Shown here piece after piece: positions 25,371 to 37,852 of a DNA stretch of 64,000 nt; positions within the stretch are counted from its first letter, which is position 1, and every line of letters starts with the position of its first letter. The stretch comes from Chiloscyllium plagiosum (lineage: Eukaryota). The position numbers and the translations under genes are program-made. Location of the stretch: NCBI RefSeq assembly GCF_004010195.1, contig NC_057752.1:7347785-7411784 (forward strand), in the 5' to 3' direction. Under the pieces are notes generated by a model. It was given only the letters and a program-made list of their open reading frames with translations, was not told the origin of the DNA and did not search any database.

Positions 25371-27589
25371 ATTCTAAAACATCCCAGCAACCTTTAACAA
25401 AGTTTAAAATTTCCTCATTAATTGAAATACTGTAATATTCCTGATAGTTGAGGGAAATACGTCAAGGGGAATGAATCAAACCAATTCAGTTCAATTTGAA
25501 TCAACTCAAATCTAATGTAATCCTCTTCCCTGCAGCTCACAGACTTTGACAGCTCTTATAAAATGTAGATTGAATGCTGCTGCTGTCTCTGTATAAAAAA
25601 TTAATAGCACTGAAAATGCCAGCAATTGGAATATTTCAAAATTATACAGTCATGAAGATATGTTAGTTTATACTGTGTTTACACAGGGCTTTGCTGTGTT
25701 ATTTCAATAATTTACATAGATTACTGAAGGTCAGACAGTGAAATGCAATCCAATTTGTATTAATTCATTATTAAACAAAGCAATGTACCAACATTGAAAG
25801 CAATTGGCAGAGATTTATCCTTCCAATTGCTTATTATACAAACGAAGTATATTTAGATATTTTGGGTACGTAGTATCTGATATTTATAAGGTTATGATAA
25901 TTTTTAAAAATTCTGTTACAAGTTCAAGAAATCTTTTTGGGAATTATCATGATGAACTTTATGGGGAGTTAGAAACTAGCACCAAAGACCTTGCAGTTCC
26001 TTTTGCCCTGCTTTCTACTTTGGATCTAAAGCATATTGTCTTTGTATTACACAGCAGTTGTCCTATAGCAACAATTTTAAAAAGTGATGTATTGGAATGT
26101 GTTTGTATGATACTTTTAACTCCAGGATGTGTTATGTGTAAGAACTCTCAGCATTGGGAGGTATTAAGAGTGATGGTTAAGATCTGTAAAATCTTCCAAA
26201 TATAAGTACAGGGCTAGAAATGACCATGAACATATGAACATCTAACATGCCCTTATCAAATTCCTCTTTCTGCTATTTTAGCAGACACTCTAACCCATTT
26301 TATTATTTTGCAACTTAGGAAATCAAGACTATTTTCTTTTTCCTAGTGGGGTAGGTTGGGGTCATAGAAAGAAGTCAGAAGATTAAGCTCAAATTTAAAC
26401 ATGAAATTGTTCCCATTTGTCATATAATAGGCAAGAAACTCTGTCTCCATCAAACCCCTTTGAGGCTCCCAGCTCCTGTTCCACTTCTGTCATGACCCTG
26501 TATCTTCAGCATGTGTAATGAGACTATAAAGTTCAGCAAGGTAGCAGCAAATTTAATTGCATTCTTTGCCAAACTCCACCCCAGTGACTGGGAAGTTCTT
26601 TAAAATTAATTATGATATGTCAAAAACCACTAATGAAATTCCTCCTCCCATATCTTCTACCACAACATAACCATCATTCAGTTGTCACAAGATAAGGGTG
26701 TTTGGATTAGATCTGTTAAATTATTTGTCCTTCAAGTTGTACTGGTTAAGCACCATATATAAAAGTGTAAGAAATCTTTTCTCCATGTGCCAAAATCTCC
26801 TAATGTTATGAAGGCAGATACCTATACACCTACTGGTGTCTCTGTGTTATCCTTAATATCATGTTGAACTGCTGATTAGAGAAAGTTAGATCTGGCATAA
26901 AATGCACATTTTCATCCAAATCCTCCAAAACTATGTCTGCAAATCAATGTTAATTTATTTTACTTTTTAAAAATATTAAATGTCTTAGGATATTGGTATG
27001 TTGCAGGTGCTATATAAATTGAAGTGATTGTTTTAAATTTACAATGTTCCCAAAAATTTCCAATTTATGCAGATACACAGCAGGTTTTTTTTATGTGCAC
27101 ATTGTTGATGTTAGAGTTAGTGCAAATGTTAGGTACAAGGTAAATGGAGAAACCAAAATCTACCAGCAGTACTTTCACTGTGCTGGAAATAAGAGTCAAG
27201 GAATAAGAATTCTGCTTGCTTTGAGAACGCTCATGTCTTCAAGCATTGGTGAAAATAAATTCACACTCCTATAATCTAGCCTGCAAATTCCTACTTCACA
27301 ATCAAGAAACAGGAAATCATTCCTCTCCCCTATTTCAATCTCCCTATTTAGTTAGGGAAATTTAATATATATTCACTTGACAGGTACAACTACCAGCCTA
27401 TTAATCAAACCGAATAGCATCAACTCAGGATGGTCATTTGGCCTTAGAGTGAGGCGTATTTGCATGAACTGGAAACTACAAATATTAATACACAGAACCC
27501 TATTCTTTATGTCAGAAACAGCATGCCCATGCATTGCCTCAATTTCTACACAACAAAATAAGTGACAGCTATTCGCTGGTTTATTTCTC

Positions 27590-27843
27590 AGGTTAGTTCC
27601 TTGACCAATCAGAATCAACCTGGTTTAAAATGTAAACAAAGCCTGACATTTGACAGTCAATTAGCATTAATGGATGTACTAAGGCAATGACTCTACCAAT
27701 CAGAGTTCACTTGCCAACCAATCAGTATTCTTCTTCCATCCAGTATAACTGTTGATTTTCCCCTTGAATTTATATTCTTGTGAATTGTCCTGATGAGTGC
27801 AGAACAAACAGATTGAACAAAAATGTATCTTTCTCAGTAATAC
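27590..27843 (+). mobile_element. Penelope-like terminal fragment
   Basis: Repeated ccaatcag motifs, then gtcctgatgagtgcagaacaaa (decayed hammerhead-like core). Confidence 0.45.
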
Positions 27844-29037
27844 TCAGGTTCTGTACTGCCAAATGAATTCAGCTATGACCTTACTGAATAACATAACAGA
27901 CTTATGGGACTGAACAGCTATTCCTGTTTCTGTTTTGTGTGTTCTTATGACCAACTGCATTACAGTAGTAAAGAGAAAAAACATGATGCATTTATGTATC
28001 CTCCATAAATCATTTGGTTCTTCATGGCAAATGATGAGCATTTCATCAGAGAATGATTCATAGATTTACATTTTGACTCAGGAACCTTTGGAATTGACTT
28101 GATAATCTGGAGAAAAGGCAAAAGAAATCAAATCTGATTGAGTAAGAAGTATGGCATTTTCTTACATTTTTGTATGGAAGTATCAGATTTAGACCAATAA
28201 CCAAACAACACATTGCACTAACAGCACTGAGTTGACATTCATTCCATTTGGATATGTTTTTCGGTAGTCCATGACACGGTGCTGTGTGAAGAGAACATTA
28301 TCAGATTCAGTTGACACTTGAATAGATTCTACAACAAAGGCAGAATATAACCTGTTCAATTCTAGATGGTATAATTTAGTAACCATCATCAGATTTACTG
28401 TAAATGAGAAACAGGAATCAAAAATACAGAGTAAAACAGCTGAAATTTGTTATTTATTCAATTTGTAAACACATTGTCTGTTACCTTTCTTCTCAAATAA
28501 TTGATTCTGCTTTGTTTGCCATGAGCCTTAAGAAATGTGCTATTTTTCATGAAGGCTGATGCCTCAAGCATTCGCTCTGTGCTCAGCTAGAATGAGAATG
28601 TCAGTATGTTCGCACGGGTGACACATTTTACTTTCACACGTTGATCAATAGCATCCCAATTGGTAACAGATGAGTAAGGATGATGAATATTAAATTTTAC
28701 TGATTTCGACTGATAAGTTCTAGACCTTTCTTTCAGGTGGTGAATCAGTTTAAAAAATCTTTCTGAATTAGAAAGAAAAATATTGTTTCCATATTTAAAA
28801 AAATAGCCTAACAGTGCAAACACATCATGTATGAAGGAATTGTATGCACCTTGTATGTGCTGTGCTGAAATCACAGATATGATGTATATGCATCTCTGCC
28901 CAGTTTTCAGCAGAATAGGGAAATAAAGGCAATATTTGTTTTCAGAGCAGACATTGATCATCTTTATCAGGTACTGCTTTGAGGACAGCAGCCTTTTATG
29001 CTACAGTGAAATCCAGTGGCCATTCCTAGTTACGTTA

Positions 29038-29421
29038 TTGAGAGGTGACCTTACAGAGGTTTATAAAATCATGAGGGCATGGATAGGATGAATAGCCATG
29101 GTCTTTTCCCCAGGGTGGGGGAGTCCAAAACTAGAGGGCATAGGTTTAAGATGAGAGGGGAACGATTTAAAAGGGACCTAAGGGGCAGCTTTTTCACGCA
29201 GAGCATGGTGCATGTATGGAATGAGCTGCCAGAGGAAGTGGTGGAGGCTGGTACAATTGCAACATTTAAAACACATCTGGTTGGGTATATGAATAGGAAG
29301 GGTTTAGAGGGATATGGGTCAAATGCTGGAAAATGGGACTAGGTTTATTTAAGATATCTGGCCAGCATGGATATGTTGGACTGAAGGGTCTGTTTCTGTA
29401 CTGTATATCTCTATGACTCTA
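29038..29421 (+). mobile_element. CR1 LINE 3' end
   Basis: RGDL.EVYKIMR, TRGHRFK, VWNELP and (ctctatga) tail. Confidence 0.9.
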
Positions 29422-30544
29422 TCATATTGATACTCTCCTGAAAATAAAAGGCAACAATCAAAGGTCAACTTGGGTCATACACCAAGGCATTGCTTGCTAT
29501 AAGCAAGATCAGAACTGTTCTCTCACCTCCTTTACCTCTGCATAATCTCCAACAAGTTTAATGTGAGTTGCCAATGAACTTAGCTGCATATTTTTTAAGT
29601 TGCTTACTCAGCTTGTTTTCTTTTTTTTTAGGATGTGCAAAATAAAAACTTTCACAATCATTTGCTCCCAATTTGCCCACATTTTCCCATTCTTCCTTAT
29701 GCCTTTTTAACAGTAAATCTGAACTCTTTTTAAAAATTGCCAATAATCTTTAATGGTCCTTGTGGATGGGACTTACCTGTTCTGGATCTAAAAATGTGCC
29801 TCTATTAAGATTGGGGCCCCAAAATTAGTCCCCATAGTGCCTGTAGTTTCAGTGCTCCAAGCTTTGTTCAGGTACCAAAGTGTCCTCCGAACTGTACTCA
29901 CATATTTTACGCATCATAAGCGCCTTGGTAAGCATCTTGGTAAAGACATTTGAAAACAATATGGACCTACACCAGAGGTATAAAATATATGCAGGTCTCA
30001 ATGTCAGTCTGCCATTTTCAACATCGCCAATCTAGCTAACATCCATTCTTAATTTTGAACAGCTGAACATATGCATCAGCAGTGAGGGTGACTAGATTTT
30101 CTAAGGTCAGGACACAATCAAAAACCATGGGTGGATGGAACTCTGATGATTGACACGTTGGGCAACCAATGGGAGAAGGGTAGTTGAAGACAGGTCATGT
30201 GATAGCATCTTCTGGAATATGTCCATCCATTGGTGGAAGCCCGATTCCATCGCTCATTTAAAGGCATCATCGCGATGCATCAGATGGTTGCAAAATGATT
30301 ATGACAACTCTCTTAGAGATATCTGCTACATGCGATATGGTGGGTATTCACAAGAAGAAGGATGAAATTTCACATAGATTTTTTGCTCCCAAGGCCCAGT
30401 TTATATTTGAAAGAAAGAAAAAAAGGAAAACTGGAATATTTGAACTAATTTGGGAATTTGTTGAGAAACGTGGACATTTATTGAAAAACTAGAACTGTCT
30501 CAGAAACACGGGCTGTCTGGCCACTATCAACAGCTGGAAATTAT

Positions 30545-30775
30545 TGCTGATTAAAGGTGAAGTCACCATTGTCCTGGAGGACCATCAGACTGCTATCTCA
30601 AAAGAGAGAGACATTGGTGGTGATTTAACCAGGGTCAGCATGCCTCAGGAGAGGGAAGACATTGAGAAGGCAGGACCTTCATGGTAACCCCAGCTGGTAC
30701 AGGGATTGAGCCCATTCTTTTGGCGTTACTCTGCATTGCAAACCAGCTGTCCAACCAGCTGAGTTAACTAACCCT
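30545..30775 (-). mobile_element. Old tRNA-derived SINE
   Basis: Reverse complement has ttagttaactcagctggttggacagctgg (A box) and gggctcaatccc (B box). Confidence 0.55.
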
Positions 30776-31082
30776 CTCATTGACTAGTTTTGTTTGAGTT
30801 TTGGAAGTACTTCTCCTTTTGAAGGTTTAACATTGCTAAAGTCTGCAGGGTGTCATGTTCTGCACGAAGAAAGACTGCAAAGGTTATGCATACACCATTT
30901 GCTGTCAGTCACAAGTACTACAGTTAAATTTCTTGCAGCCAGTTTTTATTTTGAATGTAACTCAAGAACATAGATAAAGAACTTTAAAAAACGTACAATT
31001 AATCTAAATGGCAACCCCAAATTGTTTATAATGCACTTTTATAGGGTTCATCATACATTTCTCACTCAACTTTATCTCGAGT

Positions 31083-32022
31083 CACAGAGTCATAGAGATG
31101 TACAGCATGTAAACAAACCCTTCGGTCCAACTCGTCCATGCTGACCAGATATTCTAACCTGGTCTAGTCCCATTTGCCAGCACCTGGCCCATAACCCTCC
31201 AAACCCTTCCTATTCACATACCCACCCAAATGCCTTTTAAATGTTGTAATTGTACTAGCCTCCACCACTTCCTCTGGCAGCTCAATCCATACACGTACCA
31301 CCCTCTGCATGAAAACGTTGTCCCTCAGGTCCCTTTTAAATATCTCCCCTCTCACCCTAAACCTATGCCCTCTAGTTCTGGACTCCCCTACCCCAGAGAA
31401 AAGACCTTGTCTATTTACCCTCTCCATGCCCTTCATGATTTTATAATCCTCTATAAGGTCATCCCTCAGCCTCCGATGCTCCAGGGAAAACAGCCCCAGT
31501 CTATTCAGCCTCTCCATTTATCTCAAATCCTCCAATCCTGGCAACATCCTTGTAAATCTTTTCTGAACCCTTTCAAGTTTCACAACATCCTTCCGATAGG
31601 AAGGAGACCAGAATTGCACGCAATATTCCAAAAGTGGCCTAACTAATGTCCTGTACAGCTGCAACATGATCTTCCGCTCCTCTCTTCAATGCTCTGACCA
31701 ATAAAGGAAAGCATACCAAACGCCCTCTTCACGATCCTAACTACCTGCGATTATTTTCAAGAAACAATGAATCTGCACTCCAAGGTCTCTTTGTTCAGCA
31801 ACATTCCCCAGAACCTTACCATTAAGTGTATAAGTCCTGCTCTGATTTGCTGTTCCAAAATGCAGCACCTTGCATTTATCTAAATTAAACTCCATCTGCC
31901 ACTTCTCAGCCCATTGGCCCATCTGATCAAGATCCCGTTGTAATCTGAGGTAACCTTTTTCGCTGTCCACTACACCTCCAATTTTGCTGTCATCTGCAAA
32001 CTACTAACTATACCTCCTATGT
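31083..32022 (-). mobile_element. CR1 LINE 3' fragment
   Basis: FADD, LQRDLD, WQMEFN, TRGHRF motifs in ORFs 31164..31517 and 31737..31970. Confidence 0.92.
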
Positions 32023-32457
32023 TCATTTCAAATTTACTTGAAATTCTGAAAATAAAGTGTTTATTGTTATACTTCCAGCCACTATGATGGGGGAAATATC
32101 AACATTTTTGGAGATGAGCTGTAATACAACAGGGAAGTGGAGCAGAGGCAGCAAAGAAGTGAATAAGCTGCTTGCAGAGTGAGAAGGCGGTGAAGAGCAC
32201 TCAGCAGGTGACCTTATCCACCTTCTGTTTTCTGGGATTACATTTTTTTTCCCACCGAAGCATGGAGTGGTTTGTTTTTTCTCTGCTATTTCCATATGCG
32301 ATACTCACAGTACTCTGCCACCTTTTGCAATCAGAACTGCAGCCTCAAAACAGGACAAGGATGGTGCTGCCAGTGGCATGGCCATGGCCCGGAATCTTCT
32401 TGTGTCCAAATCCTTCCAAGCTGGGTTAGATGACTAACAAACTGTTAGCCTGGGAAC

Positions 32458-32800
32458 GTGACGGCCTAGTGGTATTATTACTAGACTATTAATCCAGCAA
32501 ACTCAGCAAATGTTCTGGGGACCTGGGTTTGAATCCTGCCATGGTGGATCTTGAATTCAATTTTAAAAAAGTCTGGAATTCAGAATCTACTGATGACATG
32601 AATCCATTGTCGATAGTTTGCAAAACCTACTTGTTCACTAATGTCCTTTAAGGAAGGAAATCTGCCATCCTCACCTGGTCTGGCCTACATGTGAATCCAC
32701 CCACAGCAATGTGGTTGACTCTCAGTTGCCCTCTGATATGGCCTAGCAAGCCATTCAGTTGTATCAATTGCTACAAAGCCTTAAAGAAATGAAACTGGAT
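32458..32800 (+). mobile_element. tRNA-derived SINE (DeuSINE/SacSINE1-like)
   Basis: ggcctagtggta A box, ggtttgaatcc B box, core ggaaggaaatctgccatcctcacctggtctggcctacatgtga; copies also at 34770, 36868 and 42520. Confidence 0.7.
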
Positions 32801-32802
32801 GG

Positions 32803-34218
32803 ATCAGTATTTACTGTGGAAAAAGATATGGAAGATATAGAATGAAGGGAAATAGATGGTGACACCTTGCAAAATGTCCATATTACAGAGGAGGAAGTGC
32901 TGGATGTCTTGAAATGCATAAAGGTGGAAAAATCCCCAGGACCTGATCAGGTGTACTCTAGAACTCTGTGGGAAGCTAGAGCTAGAGAAGTGGTTGCTGG
33001 GCCTCTTGCTGAGATATTTGTATCATCGGTAGTCACAGGTGAGGTGCCAAGAAGGGTGGTAAGGACAAGCCAGGGAACTATAGACCAGTGAGCCTGATGT
33101 CGGTGGTGGGCAAGTTGTTGGAGGGAATCCTGAGGGACAAGATGTACATGTATTTGGAAAGGCAAGGACTGATTAGGGATAGTCAACATGGCTTTGTGCG
33201 TNNNNNNNNNNNNNNNNNNNNNNNNNNNNNNNNNNNNNNNNNNNNNNNNNNNNNNNNNNNNNNNNNNNNNNNNNNNNNNNNNNNNNNNNNNNNNNNNNNN
33301 NNNNNNNNNNNNNNNNNNNNNNNNNNNNNNNNNNNNNNNNNNNNNNNNNNNNNNNNNNNNNNNNNNNNNNNNNNNNNNNNNNNNNNNNNNNNNNNNNNNN
33401 NNNAGCAGGACTTATACACTTAATGGTAAGGTCCTAGGGAGTGTTGCAGAACAAAGAGACCTTGGAGTGCAGGTTCACAGCTCCTTGAAAGTGGAGTCGC
33501 AGGTAGATAGGATAGTAAAAAAGGCATTTAGCATGCTTTCCTTTATTGGCCAGAGTATTGAGTACAGGAATTGGGAGGTCATGTTGTGGCTGTACAGGAC
33601 ATTGGTTAGGCCATTATTGGAATATTACATGCAATTCTGGTCTCCTTCCTACCGGAAAGATGTTGTGAACCTTGAAAGGGTTCAGAAAAGATTTACAAGG
33701 AAGTTGCCAGGTTTGGAGGATCTGAGCTACAGGGAGAGGCTGAACAGGCTGGGGCTGTTACAAGGATGTTGCCAGGGTTGGAGGATTTGAGCTATAGGGA
33801 GAGGCTGAACAGGCTGTTTTCCCTGGAGCGTCGGAGGTTGAGGGGTGATGTTATGGAGGTTTACAAAATTATGAGGGGCATGGATAGGATAAATAGACAA
33901 AGTCTTTTTCCTGGGGTGGCGAAGTCCAGAACTAGAGGGCATAGATTTAGTGTAAGAGGGGAAATATTTAAAAGGGACCTAAGGGATAACTTTTTCACGC
34001 AGAGGGTGGTGTGTGTATGGATTGAGCTGCCAGTGGAAGTGGTAGACGCTAGTACAATTGCAACATTTAAAAGGCATTTGGATGGGTAGGAAGGGTTTGG
34101 AGGGATATGGGCCGGGTGCTGGCAGGTGGGACTAGATTGGGTTGGGATATCTGGTCAGCATGGACGGGTTGGACCGAAGGGTCTGTTTCTGTGCTGTTCA
34201 TCTCCATGACTCTATGAC
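32803..34218 (+). mobile_element. CR1 LINE RT/3' fragment spanning an assembly gap
   Basis: KSPGPD, SQHGFV, LVRPLLEY..QFWSP motifs; CR1 tail. Confidence 0.92.
33202..33403. other. Assembly gap (N run)
   Basis: Run of N characters. Confidence 1.
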
Positions 34219-34377
34219 TTGGCATCGACCTAGGCACTGGAAAAGAAAATGGCAGGAACAGCCCTGTTGACCCTGCAAAGTCCTCCTTCCTAACATCTGG
34301 GGGCTAGTGCTAAAATTAGGAAAGCTGTCTCATAGACAAGTCAAGCAACAGCCTAATATACTCATACCTTACAGACA

Positions 34378-34470
34378 AAAAGTGTGGTGATGGAAAAGCA
34401 CAGCAGGTTCAAGCAGCTTCCGAGGAGCAGAAGAGTCGATGTTTCAGGTATAAGCCCTTCATCAGGATGA
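34378..34470 (-). mobile_element. Short Penelope terminal fragment with hammerhead-like core
   Basis: Reverse complement ctgatgaagggcttatacctgaaacatcgac...gctgtgcttttcca. Confidence 0.7.
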
Positions 34471-34774
34471 AGGAGTCCTTTTGTCATCACCAAAGGCTGG
34501 GTCCTGACTTGTAGTGGTTGGCACTGTCCTGCAGGACCTAGCTATTATGATGGCACAGTATTTGCCACCAGGGATATGGTTAGTAGCTCAAGAGCAGGAA
34601 AAGGAAGAGGTACAAGGGGAGAAGGAGAAACTAGTGGAACTGAAAAAAGGGAAGAGGAGTTCAGCACACCCCAGTTCCAGATGTTCTATCTGGGATTATC
34701 TCACTGAACACAGGCCCACCTTTCAATCCATCTGTCACAATTATCACACTATCACTCTTTGCCATCGTGGTAAT

Positions 34775-35092
34775 GGGAGGCATTGGCACAGTGGCAACAA
34801 CATGGACAAGTAATCCCAGAACCCAGGCTAATGTTTGGGGACATGGATTTGAAATCCACCATGGTGAAATTTTAATTCAATAAAACATGGAATAAAAAAC
34901 AAGTCTGTCACTTGTCGTAAAAATCCAAGTGTTTCACTAATACCCTTTCAGAAAGGAAATTTGCTGTCCTTACCTGGTCTGATCTATAGACCCATGGCTA
35001 TTTTGACTCTTAACTGCACTCTGGACAAGTAGGGATGGATGATAAATCTCAGCCTTGCTAGCAATGCCGACATCCTATAAATTATTTTTTAA
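34775..35092 (+). mobile_element. tRNA-derived SINE (DeuSINE/SacSINE1-like)
   Basis: Similar to 32458-32800. Confidence 0.65.
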
Positions 35093-36041
35093 AAATGAAA
35101 GCTACCACAAAATGACCATTCCATATCAACTTTACACAACAAACATTGCAAAATTCCATACAAAGTGAAATCATCACCTTTACACTAGTTTAAACTGGAC
35201 TAAAGATAGGACAATAGAGTTGCAGTGGCAGATGTTGAAGGCGATATTTAATAGCTCTCAGCAATGATTAATCCCAGTGAGAAAGAAGAGCTGTTTGAAG
35301 ATGATGCATCATCCATGGCTCAATAAGGAAGTTAAGGATACTATTAAATTGAAAGAAGCACTGTACAAACCTGCAAAGCTTAGTGGTAGGTCAGCGGATT
35401 AAAATATGCAAGGAATGACCAAAAAAAACGAGGCAGAAGGCAGATTATCAGAGAAAGCCAGCTAATATGATAAAATCAAATACTAAGGGCTCTTACAATT
35501 ATCTGAATAGAAAGAGTAACTAAAATTGGTGTTGTTCATCTAGAGAGTGAGTTTGGGAATGGGACAGATTTTGAACAGTATTTTGTACTTATTTTCAGAA
35601 GATCTTAAGAAGACTTAAAAAAAGTTGTCAAAGCTCATTGAATATCAAGAGATAATGGAGAAGGATGAAGTTAAAACAGGGAAATGGTGCTAGGCAAACA
35701 ATTGGACCTAAAGGCTGATAAGGATGGCTGGCATTCTAGGGGCTTAAAAGAAGTGACAACACAAGTCATAGATGCATTGTTATAATCTTCCAAACTTCCT
35801 CAGATTCTGGAAGGATCCTGGTGGTTTGGAAATTACCAAATTATTCAAGGAAGAAGGGTTAAGAAAGCAGGATTCACTTTAACATGTCACGGGGTGGTGC
35901 TCAAATCCATTATTAAGGAGACTACTTAGAAATACGATCAAATGGAGTCAGCGTGACTTTATGAAAGGGAAATAGTCTGTTAGAGTTTGTTGAGAAAGTA
36001 ACGTTCATACTGGACAGAGGGGACTGGTTGGTGTGGTGTGT

Positions 36042-36273
36042 TCTTTCAGTACAATGTGGTATTTCATTTGGAGCTGGATTTGGACACTGCCTTTGTCCCC
36101 TCTGATATGACATGCTTGGCCAGTTCCCCAGGCAACAACATGCTCACAGTGGTCTGAATCTCTTGGAAGCTGAAGGTGCTGCACTTGTTGTGATAGGGTA
36201 GATGGGAAGCCTCCTCTGCAATGTGCTTGAAAATATCATCGAAGAATGAGTTCATAATGCCCATGGCTTTGGA
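36042..36273 (-). pseudogene. H2B: Histone H2B 3' fragment (pseudogene), C-terminal ~69 codons plus ~22 nt of 3' UTR
   Basis: [69 protein letters not shown] aligns with canonical [71 protein letters not shown]-terminal half absent. Confidence 0.93.
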
Positions 36274-36405
36274 TTTCCAGAAGGCACTTGATAAGGTGCC
36301 ACATTAAGCTTGCCACACAAGAGTAAAGCATGAGGTGTAAGGGATTACAAATTAGCATGAGTAATAGATTGAATAGGGTAATTTTCAGGTTGGCAAGCTG
36401 TAGCT

Positions 36406-36536
36406 CCCATTCCTGATGAAGAGCATACACTTGAAACGTCAACTGTCCTGCTCCTTGGATGCTGCCTGACTGGCTTTGCTTTTCCAGCACTATAATTTTT
36501 GACTGATCTCTAGCATCTGCAGTCCTCACTTTCTCC
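36406..36536 (+). mobile_element. Mini Penelope 3' fragment with 11-12-bp TSD
   Basis: attcctgatgaagagcatacacttgaaacgtc...cagcatctgcagtcctcactttctc; (c)aagctgtagct on both sides. Confidence 0.8.
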
Positions 36537-36867
36537 AAGCTGTAGCTGACAGAGTGCCACCAGGGTCAGTGCTAGGTCCTCAGTTATTTACAAGCTATGT
36601 CCGGGATTTGGATCAGGAGACTAAATGTACGTTAATGAAATTTGCTGATGACACCAAGAAATGGGAATGGAGGAAAGTAAGTTGTCAAAAAAAGGTAGAG
36701 GGTCTGCAAAGGGATATAGAGTGGTTAAATGAGTAGGCAAAAATATTGGCAGATGGAGTATAATGTGGATAAACATTATCCAATTAGGCAGGAAGAATAG
36801 AAAAACAGTATACTATTTAAGTGGAGAGAGACTCAAGGACTTAGTAGAACAGAGATATCTGGGTGTC

Positions 36868-37262
36868 TTTTTTTTAATTCACTCATGGGATGTGGGTGTT
36901 ACTGGCTAGCCAGAATTTATTATCTATCCCTAATGGCCTTTGAACTGAGTAGCTTGCTAGGCCATTTCAGAGGGCAGTTGAGAGTCAACCACGTTGCTGT
37001 GGATCTGGAGTCACATGTAGGGCAGACCAGGTGAGGATGGGAGATTTCCTTCCCTAAAGGATATTAGTGAGCCAGATAGTTATTTTTCCTGACAATTTGC
37101 AATGGTTTTATGGTCATCAGTAGATTCTCAATTCCAGGTTCTTTTTATTGAATTCAAATTCTACCATCTGGTGTGGTGGGGTTCAAACTCAGGTCTGCAG
37201 AACATTAGCTGAGTTTCTGGATTAATAATCTTGTGATAATACCACTAGGCCATCACCTTCCC
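36868..37262 (-). mobile_element. tRNA-derived SINE (DeuSINE/SacSINE1-like)
   Basis: Reverse complement of the 32458 family; its tail matches the LINE 3' end at 41510-41575. Confidence 0.75.
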
Positions 37263-37852
37263 CCCCGCATTAGTTCTCAAATGCTGCTGAGAATTAGTCA
37301 TTCAGCAATGAGCTGCTGCATTATCATTTAAATTAACAGGAAGCACAAAGTTTGCCTGTTGCCTGCAATGCTCTGAGCTGAGGTAGGATAATTGTGCCTC
37401 ATGATCCCCACAGGTGATGGTCTTTTCCACTGCAAAATATTAGGAAATCCAAAAGTGTACAATTTGCTCAATGGATAGACAATATTTAAACAATTTCTCT
37501 TCAAAATTATTTTTGAAAAACATTTCTCTTCAAAAAAAAAGCTTCTTCACTAAAATTATGAAAGAAAATATTTTGGGACCTGTCAGTCGTACAGTGGGGT
37601 CTGGGAGTCAATCAAATGTGACATCACATGAAATTGACATTCCCAGATGACACTTAAACCAAATGAATCACTTCACCCTCAGTCAGTTTGTCACAATTAT
37701 TCAGCCGTCACAGCAGCAAATTGTTTTCTGAAAATATTCTTTCATAGACTCAGACTGGAAAGGCTTTTAGTTTTTGACCTTGAGGTCCATTCAAGGGCAA
37801 ATGATGACAGAACATTGTAAACTAGTAGGATTGAAAGTAAGTACAGTAGGGA

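Larger units (their letters stand above)
35185..36866 (+). mobile_element. Old CR1 LINE ORF2 fragment carrying two insertions
   Basis: [35 protein letters not shown] motifs. Confidence 0.85.

Noticed and set aside
25804..26205. 133-aa plus-strand ORF
   Set aside because: TTG start, no domain or splice support.
28587..28961. 124-aa minus-strand ORF
   Set aside because: AT-rich composition, no recognisable motif; consistent with a chance ORF.
36064..36264. Functional histone H2B gene or variant
   Set aside because: N-terminal half, promoter and 3' stem-loop are absent; conserved residues are mutated; it is embedded in a CR1.
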